A stretch of DNA of 64,000 bases from Planctomycetota bacterium. GTDB taxonomy: Bacteria > Planctomycetota > Phycisphaerae > UBA1845. Location of the stretch: contig JACQXM010000023.1 in assembly GCA_016208685.1 (NCBI GenBank), forward strand, positions 2,203 through 66,202, read 5' to 3'. A model generated the notes under the pieces. It searched no databases, was not told the origin of the DNA, and worked only from the letters and a program-made list of their open reading frames with translations. A program made the position numbers and the translations under genes. This document shows, one piece after another, positions 9,976-18,622 of this stretch (the stretch's first letter is position 1; every line of letters starts with the position of its first letter).

Positions 9976-10421
9976 TTGAAATTCGCTCGAGCGAGTTGTT
10001 GCCACAGTCGCCAAGGCTACTCCCCGCAACGGACGGCACGCCAGGTGACGGCCTGGGCGTGGGACTTCGAGAGCGACGGAGTAATCGACAGCACGGCGCG
10101 GGACCCGGCGCACACCTTCGCCGTCCCCGGGGCGTACACCGTTTCGCTCACCGTGGGCGGGCCGGAGGGGACGGACACGGCGATCCGCTTGGGGTACGTG
10201 GTGTAGACCCGATCGTGCCGCCGCTGCCAGCCGTGCCCGGGGATATCGACGGCAACCGCGACGTAGACCTCTCGGACGCCGCGGGTTTCGTGGATCGGCT
10301 GCTGGGGCCGTTCGTGGATCCCGTGCAGGCCGGGTGGGACCGTGTGGACTTCGATCTGGACTTCGACGTCGACCTGCGCGACCTTGCGGCGATGCAGAAC
10401 GCCTTCGATGCCGCCCCGTAG
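9976..10421 (+). pseudogene. PKD-domain plus dockerin-like gene remnant split by a frameshift
   Basis: Frame 1 (9976-10206) encodes a PKD-like segment (WDFESDGVIDSTARDPAHTFAVPGAYTVSLTV) and ends in TAG. Frame 3 continues immediately with a dockerin/EF-hand-like segment (GDIDGNRDVDLSDAAGFVDRLLG ... DFDVDLRDLAAMQNAF). No signal peptide and no plausible N-terminus. Confidence 0.35.
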
Positions 10422-10587
10422 GGCCGCTCGGCGCAGGGTTTCGCGTGGTGAATCAGTCCCACCACGAAGGGTTGTTCACGACGAAGGACACGAAGGGCAA
10501 GAAGTCGAACGGAAGATCACTGCTCACAGAGCAGTGGCACGCGCGCACCGAACCCCGGACCCCCGACCGCCGACGCGCTGCACAAGG

Positions 10588-10628
10588 TGACCGGCTGGAA
10601 AGCCGGTCCAAAGCCGGTCCCACAGCGC
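10588..10628. repeat. hairpin repeat TGACCGGCTGGAAAGCCGGTCC..CACAGCGC, shared with 55137-55166
   Basis: This is the same 30-mer as at 55137-55166, with an internal 11-nt duplication (AAAGCCGGTCC). The stem is GACCGGC/GCCGGTC. Confidence 0.75.
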
Positions 10629-10639
10629 GCCTGTGGGAA

Positions 10640-10682
10640 GCGCCCAGCGAGCCGCGGGCTTCAGCCCGCGCGGCCCGTCTTC
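10640..10682. repeat. second copy of the 43-nt hairpin repeat
   Basis: Identical 43-mer to 4849-4891. Confidence 0.8.
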
Positions 10683-10717
10683 AACTCCCCCGCCGCTGAA
10701 GCGCGGGCCGCCCGTCG

Positions 10718-10748
10718 ATCAGTACCGCGAGTGCTAACGAGCGGTCAC
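10718..10748. repeat. second copy of the 31-nt repeat
   Basis: See 4761-4791. Confidence 0.7.
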
Positions 10749-10855
10749 TTGCGCATTCTTCGAGGGGGCCGCGCCACCCGAAGCACGACTCGTCCGCCCT
10801 ACGGGCGGGAGCGGTTTGAGAAGGACCCGGTCTCCAGGGGCTCAAAGCCCCTGGC

Positions 10856-10958
10856 ACGCCCGCTGGCCCTCCGGGCCGGGCCGCCGGAGTTCCTGCGCCT
10901 CGGGTACGGAGCGGGTCTCGACCCGGCAACGCCCGCTGGCCCTCCGGGCCGGGCCGCC
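10856..10958. repeat. perfect 30-nt direct repeat (two copies, 73-bp period)
   Basis: ACGCCCGCTGGCCCTCCGGGCCGGGCCGCC occurs at 10856-10885 and 10929-10958. Confidence 0.8.
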
Positions 10959-11010
10959 CGTCGCCGAGGATCGTTGACCGCGCTCCCTTGGCGGGGCATC
11001 ATCGCGCCCT

Positions 11011-11958
11011 ATGGCCGACACGTCGCTGCACATCGTTTTCGCCGAGCAGTACGCCCCCTCCGCGGTCGAGCGGATGCGCGGCGTCGGGCGCATCACGCAG
11101 CTTGAGCGCTGTGACGAAGCAACGCTGAAGGAGGCGGTGCGCGACTGCGACGCCCTGCTGATTCGCACCTATGCAAAGGTCACCGCCGGCGCCCTCGCGG
11201 GAGCCAGACGGCTGAAGGTAATCGGCCGTGGGGGCGTGGGGCTGGAGAACATCGACCTCGAGGCCGCCCGCGCCGCGGGAGTGGCCGTGGTGTACACGCC
11301 TGCCGCGGGCACGGAAGCCGTCGCCGATCTAACCGTCGGCCTGATGATCGGTCTTATTCGCGGGATTCGCGGCGCGGACGAGGCGGTCCGCGGCGGGCGA
11401 TTCCTGGAGGCGCGGTCCGCGGCGCCGCGGCAAGAGCTTGGCGAACTGACGCTGGGGGTCATCGGCATGGGGCGGATCGGCCGAGCCGTCGCCCGCCGCT
11501 GCCGCCACGGGTTCGGGATGACGGTGCTATACAACGACCTCGTCGCCCCGGGTTGGCTGGATTTCGCCGCGACGCCGGTGAGCAAGGACGAGTTGTACGC
11601 CTCGGCGGATATCGTGAGTCTCCACGTCCCGCTGACGGACCTTACCCGCGGGATGATCAGCGGCGAGGTTCTGGACCGCTTCAGGCCTGGGGCGATGCTG
11701 ATCAATACGGCGCGCGGAGCGGTTGTGGACGGGTGCGCCTTGGCGGAGCGGCTGCGCGGCGGTCGGATCAGCGGTGCGGGTCTGGACGTGTTCGATCCGG
11801 AGCCGATAACTGCCGATCATCCCCTTATGTCCGCCCCGAACACGATCTTCACGCCGCACGTCGGCGCGAGGACGGTGCGAGCGCTGGCCGCGATGAACGA
11901 GGTCGCGGAGGACGTCGTCCGCGTACTTCAAGGGAGGGAGCCGACACACCGTGCGTAA
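11011..11958 (+). CDS. D-isomer-specific 2-hydroxyacid dehydrogenase (phosphoglycerate dehydrogenase-like)
   Basis: NAD-binding motif GVIGMGRIGRAVARR is present. The catalytic region shows LINTARGAVVD and TPHVGA (Arg/Glu/His triad context), typical of the family. Confidence 0.85.
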   Translation: MADTSLHIVFAEQYAPSAVERMRGVGRITQLERCDEATLKEAVRDCDALLIRTYAKVTAGALAGARRLKVIGRGGVGLENIDLEAARAAGVAVVYTPAAGTEAVADLTVGLMIGLIRGIRGADEAVRGGRFLEARSAAPRQELGELTLGVIGMGRIGRAVARRCRHGFGMTVLYNDLVAPGWLDFAATPVSKDELYASADIVSLHVPLTDLTRGMISGEVLDRFRPGAMLINTARGAVVDGCALAERLRGGRISGAGLDVFDPEPITADHPLMSAPNTIFTPHVGARTVRALAAMNEVAEDVVRVLQGREPTHRA

Positions 11959-12165
11959 GCGAGAAGATGGAAAAACTGGGCGGATTATGACGAGGGCGGC
12001 GTGACTCGCGGGAGTCGACGGCTAGGTACCGGCTGCGATGACGCGCGGTTTTTGCCGGTATCAACCTTGGCCCAAGCGCTCGCCAGTCACGGGTGAGTCG
12101 CTACCGGCGGCTGCGTTGTCTCGCTGATACATGACCGCTTGCGGACCGCCCTTACGGCGGCCTTT

Positions 12166-12233
12166 GGGCCTTCGTGGAGCCGCGCGGGCTGGAGCCAGCG
12201 GCACGATACGGTTGGATGCCAATGAGACACTCC
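12166..12233. repeat. partial copy (hairpin core and right TIR) of the same family
   Basis: GGGCCTTCGTGGAGCCGCGCGGGCTGGAGCCAGCGGCACGATACGGTTGGATGCCAATGAGACACTCC. The right end matches the 13860-13877 TIR. Confidence 0.65.
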
Positions 12234-12480
12234 GCTATGTTCGGACGAGGCGCCAGGGGCGCGACACCGGAGGCCTTCGACCCGCATCTCAGTGGCGATC
12301 GGCGGCCCGCGGGCTGCGACCTATTTTTCGCTTGCCAACGGGACGGGCATTCGGTAAACACCCAACGGATCATACGGCGCGGTCCATGATCCGAACCGCC
12401 TTGGCTATGCTGATACCGGCGATGTGGTCGACGAGACCGGCGAAGGGGCACTCCATGTTACAACGGGCGGCACGAGGCGC

Positions 12481-13623
12481 ATGAACGTGCTAGGCGCGTG
12501 GCAAGGAATCGATCGGCTGCGCGAGTGGTGGCCCTGGGTCGCCTCCGCCGCGGGAGTCGCCCTGCTTCTCATCTACCCATTCATGGTGCTGCGCAAATAC
12601 GTGCGCATCATGATCAACATCCTCGATGACGTGGCGCCGATGCCGGAAAACGGCGGGAACGACCACGTCAAACTCATCGGTGAAGAGCTCAGTTTTCGCG
12701 CCGTCGACGGGCACCGGTTGCACGGCGTCCTGCTCTCGGGACGTACCGGACAGGCGAGCAAGGGGATGGTGGTTTTCGCGCATGAGTTCGGTTCGGTGTG
12801 CGCGAGCTGTCTGCGTTACTGCCGTCCTCTGCTCAAGGCCGGTTATGACGTTTTCGCCTTCGATTTCCGCGGACACGGGGCGTCGGCGCCGGAGGAAGGC
12901 TACCGCCCGCGTCATTGGCCCAGTGATCGCGAGCGTGCCGACATGCTCGGCGCCATCGCCTTCATCGGGTCCTACCTGGAGCAGCAGGGACGCCCGCGGG
13001 ACGTGGCGCTCTTCGGGATCTCCCGCGGCGCGGGCGCGGCGATTTTGGCCGCGGTGGGCATCGATAGCATCAGGGCGATTGTCACGGATGGCGCCTTCAG
13101 CAGCGACACCACGATCGAGTACCTGATGAAACGGTTCGCCACCATTTTCGCGCGGTTGCGGATCGTGGCCGAGTACCATCCCGCCAGTGTCTGGCGTCTC
13201 CTGCGCTGGCTGCTTTTCCGCGAGTGCAAGCGGAAGTTCAACTGCCGGTTCCCCTCGGTGCGCAAGGCGATCGTCAAGTTGGGGAGCAAGCCCATTCTGC
13301 TGATCCACGGCGAGAAGGACAGCTACATCCCGATTGCGCAATCGCAGGCGCTATTTCAGCTTGCTGCCGGCCCCAAGGAGTTGTGGATCGTGCCCGGCGC
13401 CAGCCACAACCAGAGCGTGATGGTTCAGCCCGAGGCGTATGCGCGCCGTCTGGTGGCTTTCTTCGACGAACACCTGGACGGTTACGCGGCTCAGCAGCGG
13501 GCGGCAACGGAGTTCCTGCCCAAGCGTGCGCCCGACGCCCTCCCCGCCCCCGCCGCGGTCCCTGCCTATGCCTATTCCCACGTAGCGGGCGAGCCTGCGT
13601 CCGCGATGGGCACCGGTGCCTGA
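12481..13623 (+). CDS. membrane-anchored alpha/beta hydrolase
   Basis: N-terminal TM segment (WVASAAGVALLLIYPFMVL). Nucleophile elbow G-I-S-R-G, then HGEKDSYIP (Asp) and GASHNQ (His). ATG 12481 is preferred over the GTG at 12424. Confidence 0.8.
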   Translation: MNVLGAWQGIDRLREWWPWVASAAGVALLLIYPFMVLRKYVRIMINILDDVAPMPENGGNDHVKLIGEELSFRAVDGHRLHGVLLSGRTGQASKGMVVFAHEFGSVCASCLRYCRPLLKAGYDVFAFDFRGHGASAPEEGYRPRHWPSDRERADMLGAIAFIGSYLEQQGRPRDVALFGISRGAGAAILAAVGIDSIRAIVTDGAFSSDTTIEYLMKRFATIFARLRIVAEYHPASVWRLLRWLLFRECKRKFNCRFPSVRKAIVKLGSKPILLIHGEKDSYIPIAQSQALFQLAAGPKELWIVPGASHNQSVMVQPEAYARRLVAFFDEHLDGYAAQQRAATEFLPKRAPDALPAPAAVPAYAYSHVAGEPASAMGTGA

Positions 13624-13624
13624 C

Positions 13625-13877
13625 GTAGTCTCTCGCGATTACGTGACTGCCGGTCGATCGCTCCCGCGGCGAGCCTTCGGCATTCCTGGGGCCGCCGTGA
13701 ACTGAAGGTCTCGCAGGACCACCCATCACAATCGAAGCCGCCGGCAACGCATCAAAAACACCTGCGACCTCGTTCGAATCATCGCGTTTCATCGCTCAGT
13801 TCACGGCGTTGCCCTCGTGGGGCCGCGCGGGCTGAAGCCCGCGGCTCGATACGGTTGGATAATCAGTGAGACACTAC
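13625..13877. mobile_element. MITE-like non-coding element with terminal inverted repeats, filling the entire hydrolase/mscK convergent spacer
   Basis: The left end is GTAGTCTCTCGCGATT. The reverse complement of the right end is GTAGTGTCTCACTGATT. The interior shares TGGGGCCGCGCGGGCTGAAGCCCGCGGCTCGATACGGTTGGAT with the copies at 12166, 18363 and 23088. A perfect 12-nt inverted repeat (13694-13705 / 13796-13807) brackets a ~90-bp segment absent from the other copies. Confidence 0.6.
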
Positions 13878-13878
13878 G

Positions 13879-16800
13879 CTAGCGATCCCGCCGCGCGGTC
13901 GGTGTTACGCCCGTGCCCGGCTCGCGGGGCGGCTCCTCCAGGCGCCGGCCTCGGGTTTCCTGCCTGCGGCTGTCGACCGTTTCCACGCGCACCTCGATCG
14001 GCATGCCCGGCGGATTGGTAAGCGTCCGCTGCGGAAAAGCCATCTCCAGGCCGTGCTGCCGGAAGAGCTCGATGATCCGGTAGCGTGAGTCGGTCATAAA
14101 GTTGCCTCGGTCCTCCACGTTGTGGTGCCAGACGAAGAGGACGAACTCCAGGCTGTTGTCGCCGAACTTGGCGAAGGTCACCCGCGGCGGTGGGTGCGGT
14201 AGCACCAGCTTGCTCTCCTGGGCGACCTGCAACAGCAGCCGCTCCACCAGCCGGGGATCGGCGTCGTAGGATACACCGACTTCCACCTTGCCGCGTATGC
14301 GGGGATCGTTGAGCGTCCAGTTCACGACCTTACTGCTGACGAAGTCGGCGTTGGGAATGACCAGGTCCACGTTGTCGTAGGTGTTGACCGAGGTGGCGCG
14401 CAGGCTGACCCGCGTCACTTCGCCCAGCACGCCGTCGATCTCGATCAGGTCCCCCACTTTCAGATGGCGCTCGAACAGGATGATGAGCCCACTGAGGAAA
14501 TTAACGAACAGAGGTTGGAGCCCCAACCCCACGCCGAGTCCGACGGTGCCCAGCACAACGGTCAAGGCGCCCAGCGGAATCTGAAGCACCGACAACGCGA
14601 AATACAAACCGATAAGCAGCGCCAGGTAATGCAGGAGCGTGGTCACCGCGGCGCGACCGCCCCGATCCAGCGCACCATAGGTGGGAAACACCCGGCTTTC
14701 CAGGAAGGAGCGGGCTGCCCGCGATATCACCCAGGTCAGCGCCAGGATCGCCAGCGCCGAAAGAGCCCGACCGATGGTCACGGCCGGCCGTCCGGAGCCG
14801 CCCGCGGCCACGATCTCGAACTGCAGCGAGCGCCGCAGATCCACCCAACTGACACCCCAATGCCCCAGGATGACTACGGCGGCGCAAAGCGCCACGCCCC
14901 AGCGGAACAACGAACTCGCAACGCTGACCCAGAGCTGCTCGTCCGAAGGCAATGCGTCGGATGCCTCCGCGCCGGCCTGCCGACCGCTGTCGGCGCCCGC
15001 CGCGGGCCGTTCCGCCGCCGGTAACTCCCCAGTGACTTCAGTCTCCTCCGCTGAACGTACCGCGGCGAGTTTGCGGCCGTATAAGCTCAGCAGATCACGC
15101 AGGTACCGCACCAGCAGCACGGCCACGATCGCCGTCGCTCCGGAACACGTAAGCCCGGAGATGATGTACGTGGTAAGCGCACCGTAGCCGAGGACCTGGA
15201 GCCCCAGCAATGCCACGACACCGAGGTAGAAAACCGGATACGCCGCGGAGACGATGAGGTACAGCAGCCGATAGCGCACCTGCTCGGGACGACCCACGAC
15301 TCGCAGCACCGACTGATGGTCGAAGGCGAAGATGAGAACCACGGAAAGGGCAACGATCTTATAAGCTGCCCACAGGTAGCTGCGGGTGTAGGGCGCCCCC
15401 TCGAAGATCTCGAGGTAGGCCGGGGACGGGACCATGATGATGGAAACCCAGAGCAGCACGCGCAGCCAGCGGCGATAGTGGCCGGCCACGACGTTGCTGC
15501 AGGGAACCAGCCGGAAGCGGGGTTTGCTGCGGCTGAACAGGGTGCTGATCAGGGCTGCCGCCACGCCCGCGACCATGAGCATAATGGCCGTGGCTTTCGC
15601 AATGCGCCCGTCCAGAGGGCTGAGCCGCACGCACAACCACACCGCGGCGCAAGGCCAGACCACCAGGGAGGTCCGCGCCAGGAAGCGGATGGCCTGAAGA
15701 TGCAACCGGTCGCTGACCGGCGCGCCGGTCAGTGCCCGCTCCGAGAGCTGCGCCGTGATCCGCGCCTCCAGCAGGTCCCCGGCGCGGCGGAGTTTGGCCC
15801 GCAGCCAGGCGGAAAGCAGCAGCACCAACGCGACACCCCCCGCCATCATCCCGGCGGTGGTCGGGGTGAGCGATTGGAGTCCCCGTTGCAGCGCTTCGAT
15901 CTGTTCGCGTCGCGCCGGCGCCTCGGCCTCCCATTCCTCCTGCGTTCGGCTGAGACGGAACTTCCAGGGGCGCTGATCCTGCACCCTCAGATACGACCAG
16001 TAAAGATGGCTGCGCTGCGTCGCCAGCACGTCCACGTGCTCCGTCAGGCGACGCACGGCATCGTGAAGGCGCTTCACCAGTTGGTCGAGGCTCTCGCGGA
16101 TGGGCTTGGTTTCCGCCACGTAGGCCTCGTATTGCTCCTTGATCTGCGGCGCGTAGCGGGCCACCACTTCGGGATTGGGCTCCGTGGGGACCAGCTCCGT
16201 CAGCCGCGCGAACTGCGCCGCGATGTCGTCGTCGAGAAGATCCAGTCGTTCCACGATTCGAGCGCGGTCGTCGAGGGTCTCGTCGTACAAGGCGCGCAGC
16301 TCGTCCCGCCTTGCGCGGCGGGACGCGATGCGATCCCCGATCCGCTGGTAGTAGGTCTGGATGCGTTCGCCGGTACGTCGATCCACGGTGTCCAGCCACT
16401 GTGTCCACATGAGCTGTTCGGCGGAGAGGTCCTTCTCCAGATCGGCGCGGGACTCCTCGCTGAAGCGAAAGCGCAGCCGAGCCTGGTTGTACATCTCCAG
16501 GATCTCGCGCGCCGCCTTCAGCGCCGCGTAGCGGAAATTCCACCAGGCCCGCTCGTAGGGGCTGTATTTGGCGGGCTCGGCGTCTACGTCCGCCGCCTTG
16601 TCCCGGGCCATCGCCAGTTGGTCGCGGGTTTGCCATTGTTTGAGCCGTTCGACGCGGCTCTCATGCTGCGCCAGCAGCTCCCGCACCAGCGGAAGGCGCT
16701 GCTCCGCCTGACTCGACTGGCGGACGTCGCGGCGGGCGTCGAGGTCGGCTCGCTCCTGGCGCACCAGGGCGATCGCTGCATCCATCTGCGCCTGTCGCAA

Positions 16801-17523
16801 GCGAAAGGCGGCCAGTTCACGTTGCCACTCGTCGGCCGCGGCGGTCATTCTCGAGGGGTGTTCTGCCGCGACGTTGATCAGCGCCGCCTGCGCGTCCTGC
16901 GCCTCGCGCGCGAGTCTCTCCTTCAACGGCGCTGCCTGGGATTGACGTTCCGCTCGCTCCTCCTGCGCCTTGATCCGCGCCGCCAGATCGGTCTTCGCCG
17001 CCTCCCATTCCGCCTCGGCTTTCTTGACGTCGTCCGGCGTAACCTGGTAGCCGCGGCGTCGGTCGCGATCCCATTTCACCTCGTCGATCTGATGCTGAAT
17101 TCCAGCCAGCTCGTCGCGGAACTGCGCCGCACTCTGTTCGTCCTCGAGCCCCCGCACCTGGACCCTCAAGGCTGAGTGCTCCTTCAAGAGCCCGTCGTAC
17201 GTGCGAAGCGACTCGAGGAGCTGTTGTGCGGCAGCCAGATAGGCCTTCGTCGCGTCATCGGCCTCGGCTCCCGGGGCGGGAGTACGTGTTTCGATGGCCT
17301 TCGCCAGCTCCGCCGCCTCGGCCGCGATCGACTGCGCAAGACTCTGAAGCTCTGCATCGCCCGCGGGAGGTCGGATCGGTTCCGGCGAAACGGGCAGAAG
17401 CTGGGCGCTCGCGGCGTGGGCGAAACACGCCAGGGCGGCCGCAACGCACGTGCCGCGGAACACCCCGCCCACGATCCCTCTATGGCATGCGCGTTGATGG
17501 AACACGGAGGAGTCCTCGTCCAC
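13879..17523 (-). CDS. MscK/KefA-like mechanosensitive channel (MscS family)
   Basis: The C-terminal MscS pore/beta-domain reads LGLQPLFVNFLSGLIILFERHLKVGDLIEIDGVLGEVTRVSLRATSVNTYDNVDLVIPNADF. It is preceded by ~10 hydrophobic segments. The N-terminus has a signal peptide (AALACFAHAASA) and a ~550-aa coiled-coil domain. Confidence 0.85.
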   Translation of the reverse strand: MDEDSSVFHQRACHRGIVGGVFRGTCVAAALACFAHAASAQLLPVSPEPIRPPAGDAELQSLAQSIAAEAAELAKAIETRTPAPGAEADDATKAYLAAAQQLLESLRTYDGLLKEHSALRVQVRGLEDEQSAAQFRDELAGIQHQIDEVKWDRDRRRGYQVTPDDVKKAEAEWEAAKTDLAARIKAQEERAERQSQAAPLKERLAREAQDAQAALINVAAEHPSRMTAAADEWQRELAAFRLRQAQMDAAIALVRQERADLDARRDVRQSSQAEQRLPLVRELLAQHESRVERLKQWQTRDQLAMARDKAADVDAEPAKYSPYERAWWNFRYAALKAAREILEMYNQARLRFRFSEESRADLEKDLSAEQLMWTQWLDTVDRRTGERIQTYYQRIGDRIASRRARRDELRALYDETLDDRARIVERLDLLDDDIAAQFARLTELVPTEPNPEVVARYAPQIKEQYEAYVAETKPIRESLDQLVKRLHDAVRRLTEHVDVLATQRSHLYWSYLRVQDQRPWKFRLSRTQEEWEAEAPARREQIEALQRGLQSLTPTTAGMMAGGVALVLLLSAWLRAKLRRAGDLLEARITAQLSERALTGAPVSDRLHLQAIRFLARTSLVVWPCAAVWLCVRLSPLDGRIAKATAIMLMVAGVAAALISTLFSRSKPRFRLVPCSNVVAGHYRRWLRVLLWVSIIMVPSPAYLEIFEGAPYTRSYLWAAYKIVALSVVLIFAFDHQSVLRVVGRPEQVRYRLLYLIVSAAYPVFYLGVVALLGLQVLGYGALTTYIISGLTCSGATAIVAVLLVRYLRDLLSLYGRKLAAVRSAEETEVTGELPAAERPAAGADSGRQAGAEASDALPSDEQLWVSVASSLFRWGVALCAAVVILGHWGVSWVDLRRSLQFEIVAAGGSGRPAVTIGRALSALAILALTWVISRAARSFLESRVFPTYGALDRGGRAAVTTLLHYLALLIGLYFALSVLQIPLGALTVVLGTVGLGVGLGLQPLFVNFLSGLIILFERHLKVGDLIEIDGVLGEVTRVSLRATSVNTYDNVDLVIPNADFVSSKVVNWTLNDPRIRGKVEVGVSYDADPRLVERLLLQVAQESKLVLPHPPPRVTFAKFGDNSLEFVLFVWHHNVEDRGNFMTDSRYRIIELFRQHGLEMAFPQRTLTNPPGMPIEVRVETVDSRRQETRGRRLEEPPREPGTGVTPTARRDR

Positions 17524-17895
17524 GAAAAGCGGGACCTCGGGCCGCGCCCGCGCGGAATCCTAAACAGGAGATTATCGGTTGATGCCCGCAGGATGCCATA
17601 GCAGCGACTGGACTTGCGGGGCGGAACCGCCCGTTGTCCCCCCAAGGTGAGGGAACGCGCGTTCGGCCGCGGCACGGAGGCGTGGCGCGCGACGCTAAGG
17701 GCGCACGCCGCGACCGCCACGGTTTTCGGGCCGCCCGAGAATCACCGGAAGCGATCAGCGGCGAAACGACGCCCGGGTCCGCGAAACCCCGGTGCTCCCC
17801 GGGCGCGCGAAGCGCGGGAATTGTACGTTGAAGACGTGGATGGTGCGCCTGGGGGCGCCGCCGAGGCACGAATCGCGTTATAGGGGAACCGGGCC

Positions 17896-18279
17896 ATGGA
17901 AACCACGGAAATCTGTCCGCTGACGCTCGAGGCCGTCACCGACCTGCTGGTGGGCCGGGACATTCATGTTCCCGCAGCCCATGAGCGGTGTCGCCGCCGC
18001 GCCACCCGCTGGCCCTTCCCCGGACCCGTAGAACTGTGGATACCCGAGAGCAACGGGACGGAGCATTACGCGCTTGCGACGTGCCTGAACCTCAGCCTCG
18101 ATGGTCTCGGTATGCTCTGCGATGAGCAGCTTCCGGTGGGCATGGAGCTGGCGATCGCGATTCACCAGCCGGAGGTGAGCTTCCACGGACGTGCCGTCGT
18201 TCGCCATGCCACCGTTCACGACGACGGCTACTTCATCGGCCTGCAATTCCGCTTCGACGAGGCCTCGCATACCGCGTAA
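17896..18279 (+). CDS. stand-alone PilZ-domain (c-di-GMP-binding) protein
   Basis: Both halves of the PilZ signature are present with the expected spacing in a 127-aa protein: RxxxR (RRATR) and (D/N)xSxxG (NLSLDG). Confidence 0.7.
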   Translation: METTEICPLTLEAVTDLLVGRDIHVPAAHERCRRRATRWPFPGPVELWIPESNGTEHYALATCLNLSLDGLGMLCDEQLPVGMELAIAIHQPEVSFHGRAVVRHATVHDDGYFIGLQFRFDEASHTA

Positions 18280-18362
18280 CGCACGCCGGTCCGGGCAGGA
18301 TGGATCGAGCACTCTGCCCGGCCGACGGTTACGCGACGGATGCCCCGCCTCGGCACGCGCTG

Positions 18363-18475
18363 GTGTCGTGTCTCGCAGTTACCTGACCGTAGGTGGATCG
18401 GTCCCGCCGTGGACTTTCGGCCTGCGCGGGGGCCGCGCGGGCTGGAGCCCGCGGCTCGATTCCGATTGCGTTTCC
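18363..18475. repeat. copy of the same MITE-like/REP family
   Basis: GTGTCGTGTCTCGCAGTTACCTGACCGTAGGTGGATCGGTCCC...GGGGGCCGCGCGGGCTGGAGCCCGCGGCTCGATTCCGATTG. Confidence 0.7.
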
Positions 18476-18622
18476 AGTCGAATGTCCGGTTGCTGAGCTT
18501 GCGACACCAGCCGACGCAGGGGCTCGTTCCCAACCGCTGACCGCCTGCGACGCGGTGCGAGTCCCGAAAGTCCGGCGCAGCCGGAGACGCGCTCGCGGCT
18601 GCGCCGGATTCGGGAAAGTTGG

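Noticed and set aside
10856-10958. Perfect 30-nt direct repeat considered as a possible mini-CRISPR array
   Set aside because: There are only two copies. The spacing and GC content resemble the surrounding REP-like mosaic. No cas genes or further repeats are present.
15316-17175. 619-aa plus-strand ORF inside the mscK-like gene. Similar cases are 8540..9859, 7238..8533 and 62084..63928.
   Set aside because: These are the same GC-driven antisense artefact. They overlap well-supported genes and have no independent evidence.
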